A stretch of DNA of 63,928 bases, filler included, from Calcarisporiella thermophila CBS 279.70 (GCF_041956535.1; 4 parts of 4 records of this genome joined end to end with filler, not necessarily neighbours in it), one strand, 5' to 3'; counted from the first letter of the whole stretch, positions 1 through 11,565 are shown. Notes: generated from the letters alone by a model not told the origin. Program-made: numbers and translations.

Positions 1-469
1 CGTGTCAGATGAAGGTGGCATATCAACTTCAATTGACTTCAACATCATTTGAAGATTAATATTTTCGCTTATCTATTTCTATAGATAATAATATTAATGA
101 GAATCTCAGAGTATCTCCTGCAGATTTAAGAGAGTTTATTCGAAGCGAAGTGCGTGAAATGACAGGAAACCTAGGTCATTTAGCATCAAATCACGCAAGG
201 AGAGGAGGGGTCCAAATTACCTATTCAACAGGTAGAGGCAGAGGCAGAGGCAAAGGCAGAGGAAAGAAAATTAGTATCGAAAATAGACCGAGAAGATATC
301 AGCCAACAAGAGCAGCCAGAAAGGAAAGCAAAAATGGATAATAAAAATATATATATCGGAATTAAATAAATACCTATTATTTACTACTAATTACCTATTC
401 GTTAAATATTCATTATTAACTCTACAAAGTGCTATCAAAAGGGGAACATAAAAGAGCATATAGAATATA

Positions 470-569
470 TGTGACGATAAGAAAACGTATAGGAACATAG
501 AGGTTTTGTTCGGGTTTCATAATGCCTGATGTTTTCTAAACATTTTATTTATCCGAGTTTTTTGTAGGG
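470..569. mobile_element. possible right end of a CACTA/EnSpm-like element related to the MITE at 33940-34193
   Basis: Ends in TTTTTTGTAGGG, identical to the right terminus at 34182-34193. Also contains GAAAACGTATA(G/A)(G/A)AACAT, seen in that element's TIR. Left end not identified. Confidence 0.4.
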
Positions 570-751
570 TATGGCATAGAGAATTCTTGTATGGATTTTT
601 TTTACGTAATATATCTGCCGAACGATTGGAATCATATTGGGTAAAAATAGAAAGTAATGAATGGTTTCAATAATACACCGAGCTGATATATATGGACTCC
701 AAGAATACAAAGATTGATTCATAGCATTTCCAAACTTTCTATGGCTTCCAT

Positions 752-2467
752 TTAGCCAATGATATCTCCTTTTCTCACTGGCCGTACCTGCCCACTATAC
801 CCAAGGCCCAAGTGACCGTGTACATTAATGCCATATTGCCAGAGAATCTTGTTTGGCGTATGTTCAGCGAGCAGCTGCCATTCCCGATCCTTCAAATGAG
901 CTTGCAGACAAGGCCACCCTGCCGTCACCATTCCTAAAGGCTGTCGAATAGCTTCCATGCACATATATTTCTCGCGCGATGCCAAACAGTTAAAAAGCAT
1001 AAGGAGAAAGCTTGCGAGCGCTATGGCGGCACTCACCACTAATATATGGATACCTGCAAGATCGCCAAAATAGGGTGAGGCAGACTGGACCCTTAACTTG
1101 GCGTGAAGGAGAGTTCGAGGGGCTGCTTCCGAATCCTGTACTGTACGTGTCACCTCCATCAGCTGTAACAGAGCGAGGCCGCTTAGCCACTGTTCAATCC
1201 CGGTGTCGGTGAATGCTTCGGGCGTATGATATGGGGAGCAGATTAGGCTTGCATTTCCATTTTGTTGCTGCGAAACCATCATGCCAAGATAGTCGACAAG
1301 GCGCAATACCACGACCGCCACTAAATCGGTATTCCCTTCCATATTGATGCGTGGCACCTCAGTGGGCCGACCCGTAGGTTCTATGAGCATTTCGTCGTTG
1401 GCGGTGTCAATTCCAATTTCGAGCCAACAATTCACAATGTCCGAATTGTCGGACGGAATAACCCCTGGCGGCTCGAAGAGTAAGCTCAACGAATTGTTGT
1501 TAACCGCCACAACGTAAGCCACTTCTGAGATATTATAGTGCTCCGAGTAGCCAAGGGAAAATCTTGAAGATCCTCGGTGCATGCAACGAGCCTGGGCGCG
1601 GAGGAACAGGCTTTTCTCAACTCCTATCCGTAATTTGCTCCCATATTTCCCTGTGAAATAGGATTTTTGATATGGGTCGGCAAAATTGAATGGGCTGAGG
1701 AAAGCTCCACCTTCTCCGGGGAAGTCATAGAGCCCGACATTATTGATGACTTTAGGTCCTAAAGCCAAATAATTACAGGATCTCACGACATCGGGTCCCG
1801 TGCAGTTGACTGAAGCTAGTTGCCCATTCAGCATGACTTGCCCACACCCAAAATTATACCCATACTGCATGTCAAAGACGGCTTGCCGCACAAAGCGCGG
1901 GCTTAGGCTCAAGATCTGTGCGGAGCTAACATAGTAGGTCCCATCGCTTCCCACACCTACAGTTGCAGCGGCAGCAGTCAAGATACTCAATGCCACCAGG
2001 ATCCATATCCGAGGGTTGAGCCACGGAGCATAAGCTCTTCCGCGAATCCAATCTTGCCACTCGATGATAAACCAACGCAGTCCACCAGAAGGTCCTGACA
2101 CCAGAGCAGTTAGATGGCCTTCATGGACCCCTGCGTTTCCTGCTTTATCGTCTCCATATCGTTTAGACAACATCCTGGCAGCGAGTATATGATCCCACGC
2201 ACATGACCAGAGTACTCCACTAGAGAAGGTAATGATTGCATACACCAACTGGGTGATCCACCCCAGCAACAATGTCCAGTATCCAAGGGAATCGATGAAA
2301 ATTTTTGCATTGAAAAGTAATACGACCCCCCATCCAGTGGCAATTAATCCACCTACTAGACTAAGCCAAACATTATGAGCTTTAAGTCGGATAAGAACTC
2401 CCACTTTATTCCGATAGGCAAACTGCCCATCATAGGGATTTTCCTGGGGTGGATATATTCTCATCAT
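752..2467 (-). CDS. uncharacterised intronless membrane protein (N-terminal TM segments, large Cys-containing luminal domain, C-terminal TM)
   Basis: 583-codon open frame with GC higher than its flanks; first ATG at 2467 (MMRIYPP). Hydrophobic stretches include WLSLVGGLIATGWGVVLLF, WILVALSILTAAAATVG and IHILVVSAAIALASFLLMLF. Confidence 0.75.
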   Translation of the reverse strand: MMRIYPPQENPYDGQFAYRNKVGVLIRLKAHNVWLSLVGGLIATGWGVVLLFNAKIFIDSLGYWTLLLGWITQLVYAIITFSSGVLWSCAWDHILAARMLSKRYGDDKAGNAGVHEGHLTALVSGPSGGLRWFIIEWQDWIRGRAYAPWLNPRIWILVALSILTAAAATVGVGSDGTYYVSSAQILSLSPRFVRQAVFDMQYGYNFGCGQVMLNGQLASVNCTGPDVVRSCNYLALGPKVINNVGLYDFPGEGGAFLSPFNFADPYQKSYFTGKYGSKLRIGVEKSLFLRAQARCMHRGSSRFSLGYSEHYNISEVAYVVAVNNNSLSLLFEPPGVIPSDNSDIVNCWLEIGIDTANDEMLIEPTGRPTEVPRINMEGNTDLVAVVVLRLVDYLGMMVSQQQNGNASLICSPYHTPEAFTDTGIEQWLSGLALLQLMEVTRTVQDSEAAPRTLLHAKLRVQSASPYFGDLAGIHILVVSAAIALASFLLMLFNCLASREKYMCMEAIRQPLGMVTAGWPCLQAHLKDREWQLLAEHTPNKILWQYGINVHGHLGLGYSGQVRPVRKGDIIG

Positions 2468-4280
2468 ATCTCCAAAATTTATGGCGTTGATGAATTGAAG
2501 CAATAAAAAAAAACGCTATACGTTCAAGAAATGATAAAATTAAGGGTGATAATTACACGAAAAGCACCTGTGAATTATTTTATGATTATATAGAGAATCC
2601 AAAGAAACGAAACCGGTTTCTTGGTTATCTCAGGCGATATAAATACTATCCTATTTTAAAGCCTAGCTTTTAGTTCTAGCTTAAACAAGTGGCTAAAAGT
2701 CTAGAGAGCAATTTACTTTTAAAGAGTTTTGAATACTTGGTTTTAAATTAAAACTAGAAATCAAATCTCCGTCTATTTGCAACAAAATCAATGTACAAAA
2801 ATAGACTATTTTGCATTAAGATTTTAAAAACCAATTCACATGAATTAATCACACTAACATGTAGTAAATATAAGTTAATATAAGTTGTAAGTTTGCTATC
2901 GAAGAGCTATATATATATATTTTTATCCCTGTTTAGTTTTTCAGTTCGAGAGGATAAATTACACATTTTCTTTTGGAAACATTTGCATGTCACAACACGA
3001 TGATTTAAGCTTAGCTTAATTGAGGAAATTCTGTAACGAAAATCTATACATGTTAACATCTGGTTGTAATTATAACCAGGAGAAAATCCTCAAACAAGTC
3101 TTCACAATAGTTGATGCGAATGAGACTTGAGGCTGATTATATACTTGATACCACAGTTTAGCCAACTAACTCCCTTTTGTAGTTTGAAATAAAAAAGCCG
3201 TTTCACTCAATTCCTGCCTCTGTTAAAAAGCGAGTGTGGCTGACATTGACATTTATTTAAAAAGCTATCCGCATTTGCTTAGAGCATTCATTAAAACAAT
3301 ATTGTTCCGCATTATTAATCTGCAATTCGAAGCCTTGGGCTCAGCGTTTCTCCAATCCTGTCTTGCTACATTCTGCTTAACAACAGTTTAGAGATTGGCC
3401 TTCATTTCGCCATTGAACTCTTACTAATTTCGATTTCTAAACTATAGCATTTTTACTATTCAAGGTAAACTAATTTGCCAAGCCCATATCTTTTCTTACT
3501 AACTCCAGTAAAATATTTTTGAGAGATAGAGTCCACTCACATCCCCTGAAATTGGCGAGACAAACACGATTCAAGTGAATTTTCGATGGTTGAGAAATGT
3601 ACTGTGGCTGTATGGCACGGAGGCGCAACTGTGGCTAATGGCTGAAAACTATTTTGGCGCTAGTATCCGAATGGTTTGGAATCACCTCAGAAGACCGAAT
3701 GTTCGTGCATAGATTGCCAAAATAACTTATGAGGAGGAGGCATTTTTATTGCCTTAAATAATAAGGAATGCGCATTGACATCAATGACTTTTCTTGAGAA
3801 AGGTGGAGAACTTTTGTGTTGATACTGTATTGGTGGCTACTTGGATTAGCCATTTTTTCGGGTTCACACCGGGAAAACCCTATTGGAATAAGAAGACGTT
3901 CACTAAAAATAAATCAGGAAATGATTTTGTTCGCGTGTAAAGGCGGGTTCAACATTGGCTATATAATGCTTCAATTTTCGCTGGTTCCAGAGAAAATATT
4001 CGGAATATATCACATCATAAAATTATTCAGGCTAGAATTGAACAAGGAATAAGCTTAGAATTCTACATCCATTCCAACAGCTGCAATACATATTATTAAC
4101 TTTCAAGTATTAGTCTGGTATGTAGTAATATTACGCCACTAGAGCATCTGTGAAAGCAAAATTAACATCATCTTTTTTACATTCCTACACCATCAGTGTT
4201 TTGCGGTAGCACGAAGATATATATATTCCAAGATAACCTTGTTTGTCTGACATTGCCCTATATCAAAAATCGCTCCCAAA

Positions 4281-4898
4281 ATGAGACTTGAGAAGATATT
4301 ACTCTTGATATACGCTTTTATTGCATTGGCCGGCAAAAATCATATTTGTGCAGTGGGAGCAGCGCCCGAACCGCAAAAAACAGATGCTAGTAATCCTATG
4401 TCAAATCCTCAACAAACGGATAAGCCATCGGTTCCTGATACAACGGGAGATAGCGGTGAGCAAGTTGATATGGAACCAGGACCCGTGCCAGGAAAAGGAG
4501 ACGGTAAGGTTGAGAGCAGTGATGGTGAAAAATCGATCCCTACCCCAGTTGCTAATCCACCAAAGATAACACCTGCCGGAGATGATACTTCAACAACCAC
4601 GAATATGAATCCTGATCCCCCAACCTCAACAACCTCGTCTTCTTGGTTTCCCCCTACTACCACTCGGCCGATTCTTACTCTTACTGATGTTCTTGATAAT
4701 ACCCAAATTCTACTGAGCTACCAAGAGTATACGATCCCAACCACCATATTTATTTCAACTACAATCAATGGCGTACCCACCGTAGTCCCAAAAGCAACTT
4801 ATTCTGTTTTGCGGCGGCCATACCCTGGCACTGGTCATACTGCCAAGTCTAGTCTGTATCTTCTGATGCTATTAATTGGATGTATATCCTGGCTCTAA
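4281..4898 (+). CDS. secreted Ser/Thr/Pro-rich protein, probably GPI-anchored cell-surface protein
   Basis: N-terminal signal peptide (MRLEKILLLIYAFIALAG), low-complexity P/T/S body, hydrophobic C-terminus (SSLYLLMLLIGCISWL). Confidence 0.8.
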   Translation: MRLEKILLLIYAFIALAGKNHICAVGAAPEPQKTDASNPMSNPQQTDKPSVPDTTGDSGEQVDMEPGPVPGKGDGKVESSDGEKSIPTPVANPPKITPAGDDTSTTTNMNPDPPTSTTSSSWFPPTTTRPILTLTDVLDNTQILLSYQEYTIPTTIFISTTINGVPTVVPKATYSVLRRPYPGTGHTAKSSLYLLMLLIGCISWL

Positions 4899-6174
4899 CA
4901 ATTACAAAATTTTGCTTGTACTTAAATATGTTTACTTTTGTATACTTCGGATGATGTAAGTAATTGGACGCCACTGTCAATGCAGTTTGTTAACATTGCG
5001 ACACTGGCGAAAGGTCCAAACTAATTATTAATGCCTTTGGATTATCAGGATTAACAATAAATAAATTGAGCTGGAATATAATATATAAGTATAACTTTTC
5101 ATACTAAAACTTTTCTATCCGGAAATTACAGAGAGAGCTATCAAATATTCTTATAATTTTCAGTTATTTAAGCACCTGGGAAACTATCGTATTTCCAATC
5201 TACCAATAATTGACATGGGGTTATGATTACATTTCGATTCCACCTTAATATTCGTCATTATGAGCATTCTCTGACTTGAAGGCATTGCTCTTTCGGCAGC
5301 TTCCCGATATCGTGAGTTAAAAATCTATCAAGATTCCTTTTCCATTAAGCTTATTTTTAGAAATGGATCCTAACTTAGAGTACCTATTTCATATTAATAT
5401 TTATTTTCAATCCTCAGAAATGGCAGCTCATTAAATCTTCACTCTTGAGAAGTAACAGTTTTTTTTATTTTACCTTCAATATTGAGGATATTTTTGAAAG
5501 TCGAGAAAATTTGGTAGAATTATTTCCATTTCTACCCTATTCTTGGGTCGACTCGCTTACTAAGATATTCGATTTCTCTTGGCTTAGACTTGCCTGGTTT
5601 CCATAAAGAAAATCGGTTATACAAAGTTCAAGAAAACTGAATGAATTTTAGTTCATCCGTTTAGATTAGTATTCTAATTAATGCAATTCCTTCAATTAAA
5701 AAACGAATCAAAAAAGGCGGCTTCACTGCCATTAACTCTTACATGGTATGACGATTGGCGAGAATACAACGGCATTTCTCTGGAGGATTCCAAGAAATCT
5801 GCAGCTCTCACACGGGTGTTAGGTAAGAGTAGGCATGTTTGCATTCCACTTAAAGGAATTTGCTCCAAAGAAATTGAGTCCGCCGCTTATCTGATTCGCC
5901 TAGGGGAACTATGGAACAGAGTTTGAGTAAAGTGTTGGCACGACGCGCCTTGATAGATCTGACTTTAATTTTAATTATAATTTTGCATTTTGTTGAAGTA
6001 CCAAATCGATGCTCTTGGTCCCAAACCCTATAAATAGGCCACAAGAGCAGAAGATTTTTTTTTTTACTATATCTCTTCTATATACAAAAATTTTGAATAT
6101 TTATACAAGACTGACTTGTTTCACCAGTTTTTCCCATTCTACTAAAACTATATTCAACGCACTAGCTAACAGTC

Positions 6175-6426
6175 ATGAAGTTACAAGCTGTTTCTTTTGC
6201 CGCAATTGTAGCCTTGAGTCTTCAAGTGGTCAAAGGACAAAATATAAGAAGATGCTGTGGATACATTAATGATTGGCAACCAGCAGATACTCAAGCATGC
6301 TGTGGCATTATTCCTGGTGCTTGGTACAGTGGTGTAGACGGAAAATGCCATGGGATTGGAAACGGCGATGAACTGAGCAAATTTGCCCGCTGTTGTGTTG
6401 TCAAAGGCAACGGAACTTGCCAATAA
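6175..6426 (+). CDS. small secreted Cys-rich protein (8 Cys), family member 1
   Basis: Signal peptide. Motif T-x2-CCG...G...CH...F-x2-CC...C shared with 8420 and 9601. TATA-like CTATAAATA about 145 nt upstream. Confidence 0.85.
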   Translation: MKLQAVSFAAIVALSLQVVKGQNIRRCCGYINDWQPADTQACCGIIPGAWYSGVDGKCHGIGNGDELSKFARCCVVKGNGTCQ

Positions 6427-7243
6427 TAAAACATTATTTTTGAGGATAGCGATAACAATTATATATTAAATAAAAATTATATTTATACTAATATAAATAT
6501 TGAATCCAAATGCTCCATCCGCTAACAAATAGCATGAAAATAAAATGAATATACCTTCATCATTTCTAACTGCTCCTCTCTCTTCTACCAGTATCCGGAT
6601 AATATCCAATTCAGCCGATAGATCTTATAAGAAATGGAAAGCGAGGTCAATGTCTTTCACTTTCCCATGTGGCTCTGCTAAATTTGAGTTTTATACCATC
6701 AGACAATAGTTCAGTTCATCGCTCAGGTAGCTTTCAAGTACAACGTTCGGTGGCGGCTGTTTTCTCCAATCTATGAAAACCTGATGTTAACTGCTTACAT
6801 GAGAATTCAGGAAGTCTCGAGATTTTATTTTTATCAAAGTTTATTGAAGCGAGATTCGTATCAGAAAAAAGAGTGTTTTCTAAATTCTTGCAAATTACGG
6901 CTTGGAAAAATTTCAGGCGTATTTTCATGTGTTAATGTGATCGAAGCCGCTGATCTGATTCGCTATTAATTGCTGTTAAATAATGCTTCATTTAGATGGA
7001 AAATATTTAATAGGTCTAGTCTAGTTTGAATCTCACTATTCCTGATAAGGTACTTTAATCCTGAGCCACCAGCCGATCGCCCATAAAGGATCTATAAAAT
7101 CCTCGAAAGCAATGAATGCGCTCTGCGGCAATCACTTATTCTCTTTTGAATAACCAGCATTTTTTTTTTCTTGCTTTAAACACTTTACGATCTTTGCTGT
7201 TTTGGCATAACACCTTAAGCAATTCTAACTTATTTATGTGCAG

Positions 7244-7573
7244 ATGATGAAGGTCTTGATATTACTGTTGACTTTGTTCTGTGGCCTCTTGGTTGAGGCA
7301 ACCACCATCAGACTATGGAATGGACCAGGTTGCAACACCGTTCTGGGAAGTGTGGTGCAAACCATCTCGGCCTGTGGCTGCCATCCAATCTCTAGCGGGA
7401 GCACTTGGTCCATCGATGTGTCCTTTACTGGGCAGACGGTGGCAGCGTATAGTGACGGCGATTGCAGACAAAGAGTCGGAGAGGTAGCGGATCACTCCTC
7501 ATGCTACAACACGCCCCTGAAGATATACAGCGTTTGCATCGACTGTGGAGAGTTTGGCAATTGCAATAATTAA
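7244..7573 (+). CDS. MiAMP1-family (beta-barrelin) antimicrobial peptide homologue, secreted
   Basis: Signal peptide, then WNGPGCN...SACGCHPI...DVSFTGQTVAAY...C...C...SVCIDC. This is colinear with MiAMP1 (WSGPGCN...SKCGCSAI...DFSYTGQTAALY...C...C...SIFIQC, recalled from memory). ATG at 7244 follows a CTAAC...CAG acceptor-like sequence. Confidence 0.85.
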   Translation: MMKVLILLLTLFCGLLVEATTIRLWNGPGCNTVLGSVVQTISACGCHPISSGSTWSIDVSFTGQTVAAYSDGDCRQRVGEVADHSSCYNTPLKIYSVCIDCGEFGNCNN

Positions 7574-8419
7574 GCTATCCGTTGTTCACAAGAATATTTA
7601 TTGAGAAATAAATGAGCATAACATACTAATGGTCGATAGGATTGCTTTGTATCTTAAAAAATATACATCAAATAATTATTCAATCTTACACTCTTTTTCG
7701 TTATCAATATTTCATGGAAATGCTATGTGAAAATAGTAGTAGTATAGATAAATCACAGAGGGTTTTTTTGGGAGTAGAAAGTTCAAAAGAAAATGGTCCA
7801 AAGCTAAACCTTATAGGATTTCCTGTACATGGGTGTAGTCACATTACTATACATCTTTCATAATATATTAAAGTGGCTCGGTTTTGTATATTACCTTTTA
7901 AAAATTGACCGATCTCTCCCGATCATTAGGGTATTATATGAGAAGATTTGGTAATTAGAAATCTTACACCCTGGTGTTTTCAGTAGGCTTATCAGGGAGG
8001 AGGCTTTGTCTTCATGAGTTCGTTAACAATTAATTTACCCCTGATAATGCGCCCGCAATTAATCCAAATCAAGCTAGAATAGTATAATGACCACAGAAAA
8101 TATCAATCTATTCAGCCCTAACCACAATTGATATAACCAATTAGCCAATTGTTTTCTACCTCGTATTTCCGTCAACATTTTGCCTATAAATAATATCTTG
8201 GTATGAGAATTGTGGGATTGGAAGTAGTGGTCAATTCAAAAGTTCTGGCCAAGGTTTGAATATGAATTTTACTACGCGGAGAGTTTAAAGCTACAAAGTC
8301 TATTACTCTCAATTGTGCTATATCCCTCCCCCAATCTCCTGGTCAAGTCATATCATCAATCTCTCTATTGTAGTAAACGGTATTAAAAGTTTTCTGAACA
8401 ACACTAAAACCTTAGTGCG

Positions 8420-8662
8420 ATGCTTCGCTATTCATTTTTGCTCATTTTAATAATTTCACTGCATAATCTGGTGAGCTCTGACCCATACTTTATACAGTGT
8501 GGGTTTGGTGGTGATTATACGGCAAGATGCTGTGGTTTCAATGGTGGAAGGATTGAGAACGATATTTGGTGCCATATTGATATCAGCAAGATGAACTCAT
8601 TCTGCGATTGTTGTCCGCCGAACGGGAATTCAAGGAGATGCTATAGCAGTGTAGATCCTTAA
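8420..8662 (+). CDS. small secreted Cys-rich protein (8 Cys), family member 2
   Basis: Signal peptide; DPYFIQCG...TARCCG.NGGR.E.IWCHI...FCDCC...RCYSSVDP. Close paralogue of 9601. Confidence 0.88.
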   Translation: MLRYSFLLILIISLHNLVSSDPYFIQCGFGGDYTARCCGFNGGRIENDIWCHIDISKMNSFCDCCPPNGNSRRCYSSVDP

Positions 8663-9600
8663 ATTTTTTGTACTTTGGATATATCCATTAACATATAATT
8701 TCAATCCTTAATGTGAATAATCATGCAAATGAAATGTCTGAGTAATAATCTCGGACAAGTAACAAGATTGGCGCAACATCAGTTGTCTATAAATCTGTAT
8801 TAAAAAAGGATTTATTTGTACATTATTTAGAGTTGTGCATCCAACAAAGTAACAAATTGTAATGATATCTTGAGATAAAAAATAAAATTAAAGCATTTTT
8901 TTACGCATAGAACTCTAGGATTCCAATTCACAAATGAAAAGTTGCTCAAAACAATGTGTGGATTTTTCGCTCTTGGTCAGCTGCAAAAATAAATTATAAA
9001 TAGTTTATTAATGATTTCTCAACCATAATCCCACTGAATTCAATCATGTTATCTCTTTGTGGCTCGGGTTAATTGAGTTTCCATTTTAATGGAAAATTAA
9101 GAACAAAAAAATGTTTCTTATGTTTGGAAAATTCCATAGCGAGCAAATCAAAAAGGCGGCTTCGAAGACTCTGGTTCAAATTCGGTAAGCTCACTCGAGT
9201 AATTGCGCCCAACAAATAACAAATGCAAGCGTGCCTATAGTGGATTTTCTCTTAATGAATCTCTTAATATTGAAGTCTTTTGGATCATCTATTTGAGCCA
9301 ATGAAATCAAAGATCCTCTCGTAGTTTTGCTTACAGAATCTAATCAGGCTTGAAGAAACTGTATGTCAGGTTTAGATTAGTCTAGCCAGATTCTGAATGA
9401 TCATTTTCCTGGTGAAGAGCCTCATCTCAGAGTCAAAAGCCAACTCTCCTCGAAATACTATAAATACACCCCAAAGATGGATGAGAGCATCCATATTTGT
9501 TACACTACTTTTTATTCAACAATAAAATTTTCCCTTGAATAGCCCATCTGCATTCAATATTTTGTAATTTTTCCAAACACCTACACTACCCAAGTTGAAG

Positions 9601-9846
9601 ATGAAACTCTACAGTATAGCCCTATTTACATTATTTTCTCTTGTAGCAAGAGAAAATGTGGCCGTCAGCGCCGAACCTTATTTTTTGCAGTGTGGTTGTG
9701 CTGGGAGACAAACTGAACTTTGTTGTGGACAGTTTGGAGGGAGAATGGAAGGGATTTGGTGCCACATCTCTATTAATGAACAAAGTAGATACTGTGATTG
9801 TTGTAAGATTTGTGGTGATAGATGTTATTCAAGCAGAGATCCTTAA
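9601..9846 (+). CDS. small secreted Cys-rich protein (10 Cys), family member 3
   Basis: Signal peptide; EPYFLQCGC...TELCCG.FGGRMEGIWCHI...YCDCC..C..RCYSSRDP. Paralogue of 8420. TATA-like CTATAAATA about 140 nt upstream. Confidence 0.88.
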   Translation: MKLYSIALFTLFSLVARENVAVSAEPYFLQCGCAGRQTELCCGQFGGRMEGIWCHISINEQSRYCDCCKICGDRCYSSRDP

Positions 9847-10215
9847 GAATGTAATATGATTGAGCTCTCTGAAATAAAATCATTAGAATTTTGCTGATCT
9901 CGACGATTCACCATGAAATCCAACCCCATGGACCCATTCAGAGAAATCGGAACAATACTACCATACAATCTTTGATGCTTGCCTGCTATCTTGGTGTGGT
10001 AAACTTCGTCATTGCGTTAAATTATTAAATAACATGGTTATTTTTTTTGCAAGGGTTGTCCCTGGTTCTTCAAAAATTAAAGTTAACAGACCTTGTTTAT
10101 TCCGCCGTATCAATTAAATTAAATTGAATATTCTGGCAAGGGGATTACACATTAAAACAATCTATTCAAAACCCTTAATATTTGCATTGTTCTTATCGTT
10201 CCTTCAGTTTCGAAA

Positions 10216-10533
10216 ATGAAGCTTTTTATTCTCGCCTTGCTCGCCGCTCCCGTACTTCTCGCAACCGCCACCCATGCTTATCCTCTCTCACGAAGAGAGA
10301 TCACCTTTGAGGATATTAAAGAGGGTGCCAAAGCATTCATGGAATTTATCAAAAAACATAAAAGCAACACGTCGGGCAAAAATCTACGCTTTAAACATCA
10401 TGTAAGTTTCCATCAGACCTTGCCTGGCCTGACTTATATCAGTGCCGAAAACAGTAATAGCAATACGCGTTCTATCGGGAAGCATAATAATGCGATTGTG
10501 CATAGGTGGAGGTATCCACCTTTTGACGATTAA
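10216..10533 (+). CDS. small secreted precursor with dibasic (RR) site followed by an amphipathic helix; 3' structure uncertain (possible intron from 10402)
   Basis: Signal peptide MKLFILALLAAPVLLATATHA, then YPLSRR|EITFEDIKEGAKAFMEFIKKHK. GTAAGT donor-like site at 10402. Confidence 0.65.
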   Translation: MKLFILALLAAPVLLATATHAYPLSRREITFEDIKEGAKAFMEFIKKHKSNTSGKNLRFKHHVSFHQTLPGLTYISAENSNSNTRSIGKHNNAIVHRWRYPPFDD

Positions 10534-10765
10534 TCTCTTCTCTTAAGCTATTGTATTTTAAACTAGAAAGTCATTTAAACCCCTATGTCTCGTAATTTTT
10601 TTTCTTAAAGATAAATCGACTAATAAAGATAGTTTAGCCTGCAACGCAATAAGTTTCAGAAAAAATTCAGATAATCTTTAATATTCAATGGTTAAATCGA
10701 CAATAACTCTTTCTTCCTTTCCCCCTCAATCGGCATCTCTTGTCAATTAGTCAGTAGACTTCACC

Positions 10766-11235
10766 ATGGTAAGATGCAAAACATCATTTTCATAGTATTT
10801 CGTACCTTATGAGGTACGGATGGATGGATGGATGGAGAGAGGATAGAGTGCTTCTGCACCCGATTGTCATCATTGATGAAATTTTTGACCATACACTATT
10901 ACATCTTCAATATGTATGACCAAATTGTAAAAGCAGCCCTCTTTTTTCGATCCATCGCTACTTTAATTGTCCATTTAGAACTCATACTAACTGTTATTAC
11001 TTATTTTTAAGCCGTCCCACAAGTCATTCAAAGTCAAGCGCATCCTCGGTAAGAAGCAGAAGCAAAACCGCCCCATCCCTGCCTGGATCCGCTTCCGCAC
11101 TGACAACGCTATCCGGTGTGTAAAATCTTATTTTTAAATTGATTTACCTATTCTAATGAAATCTTAATAATCTTTGTGATAACCAGATACAATGCTAAGC
11201 GTCGTCACTGGCGCCGTACGAAGCTGAACCTCTAA
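10766..11235 (+). CDS. RPL39: 60S ribosomal protein L39 (3 exons: 10766-10768, 11012-11115, 11187-11235)
   Basis: Spliced translation [51 protein letters not shown]; canonical GT-AG introns. Missed by the ORF track. Confidence 0.97.
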
Positions 11236-11565
11236 GCTAGGAACGCTTTCTGTGCTCGCTTGGTTTTGTTCGAAAATAAATAATTTTTCAATCGCTTATT
11301 TTTGGCTAGGATGAAAATCGGTTGCAAATGTGTGCACTTTGAATATAACATTACGATGATAAAATGCCAAAAAAAATCATTACCATTAAGAATGAAAAAT
11401 ATTTAAAAACCGAGGGATATCGGTAGCATTGCAAAAAAAGTCAGAGAAGTAAGAAACTGTACAAGTAAAAAAAAAAAAGCTATAGCCAAAAAATTTCTAA
11501 CATTAAAATGGGGCAAGGTTGAATAATAAACTATGTATCAAAACAGACCACCTCTCATTGCTTTA

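Noticed and set aside
150-341. RG-rich basic ORF at the window start
   Set aside because: GTG start, low complexity, possibly the tail of an upstream gene or TE; not identifiable here.
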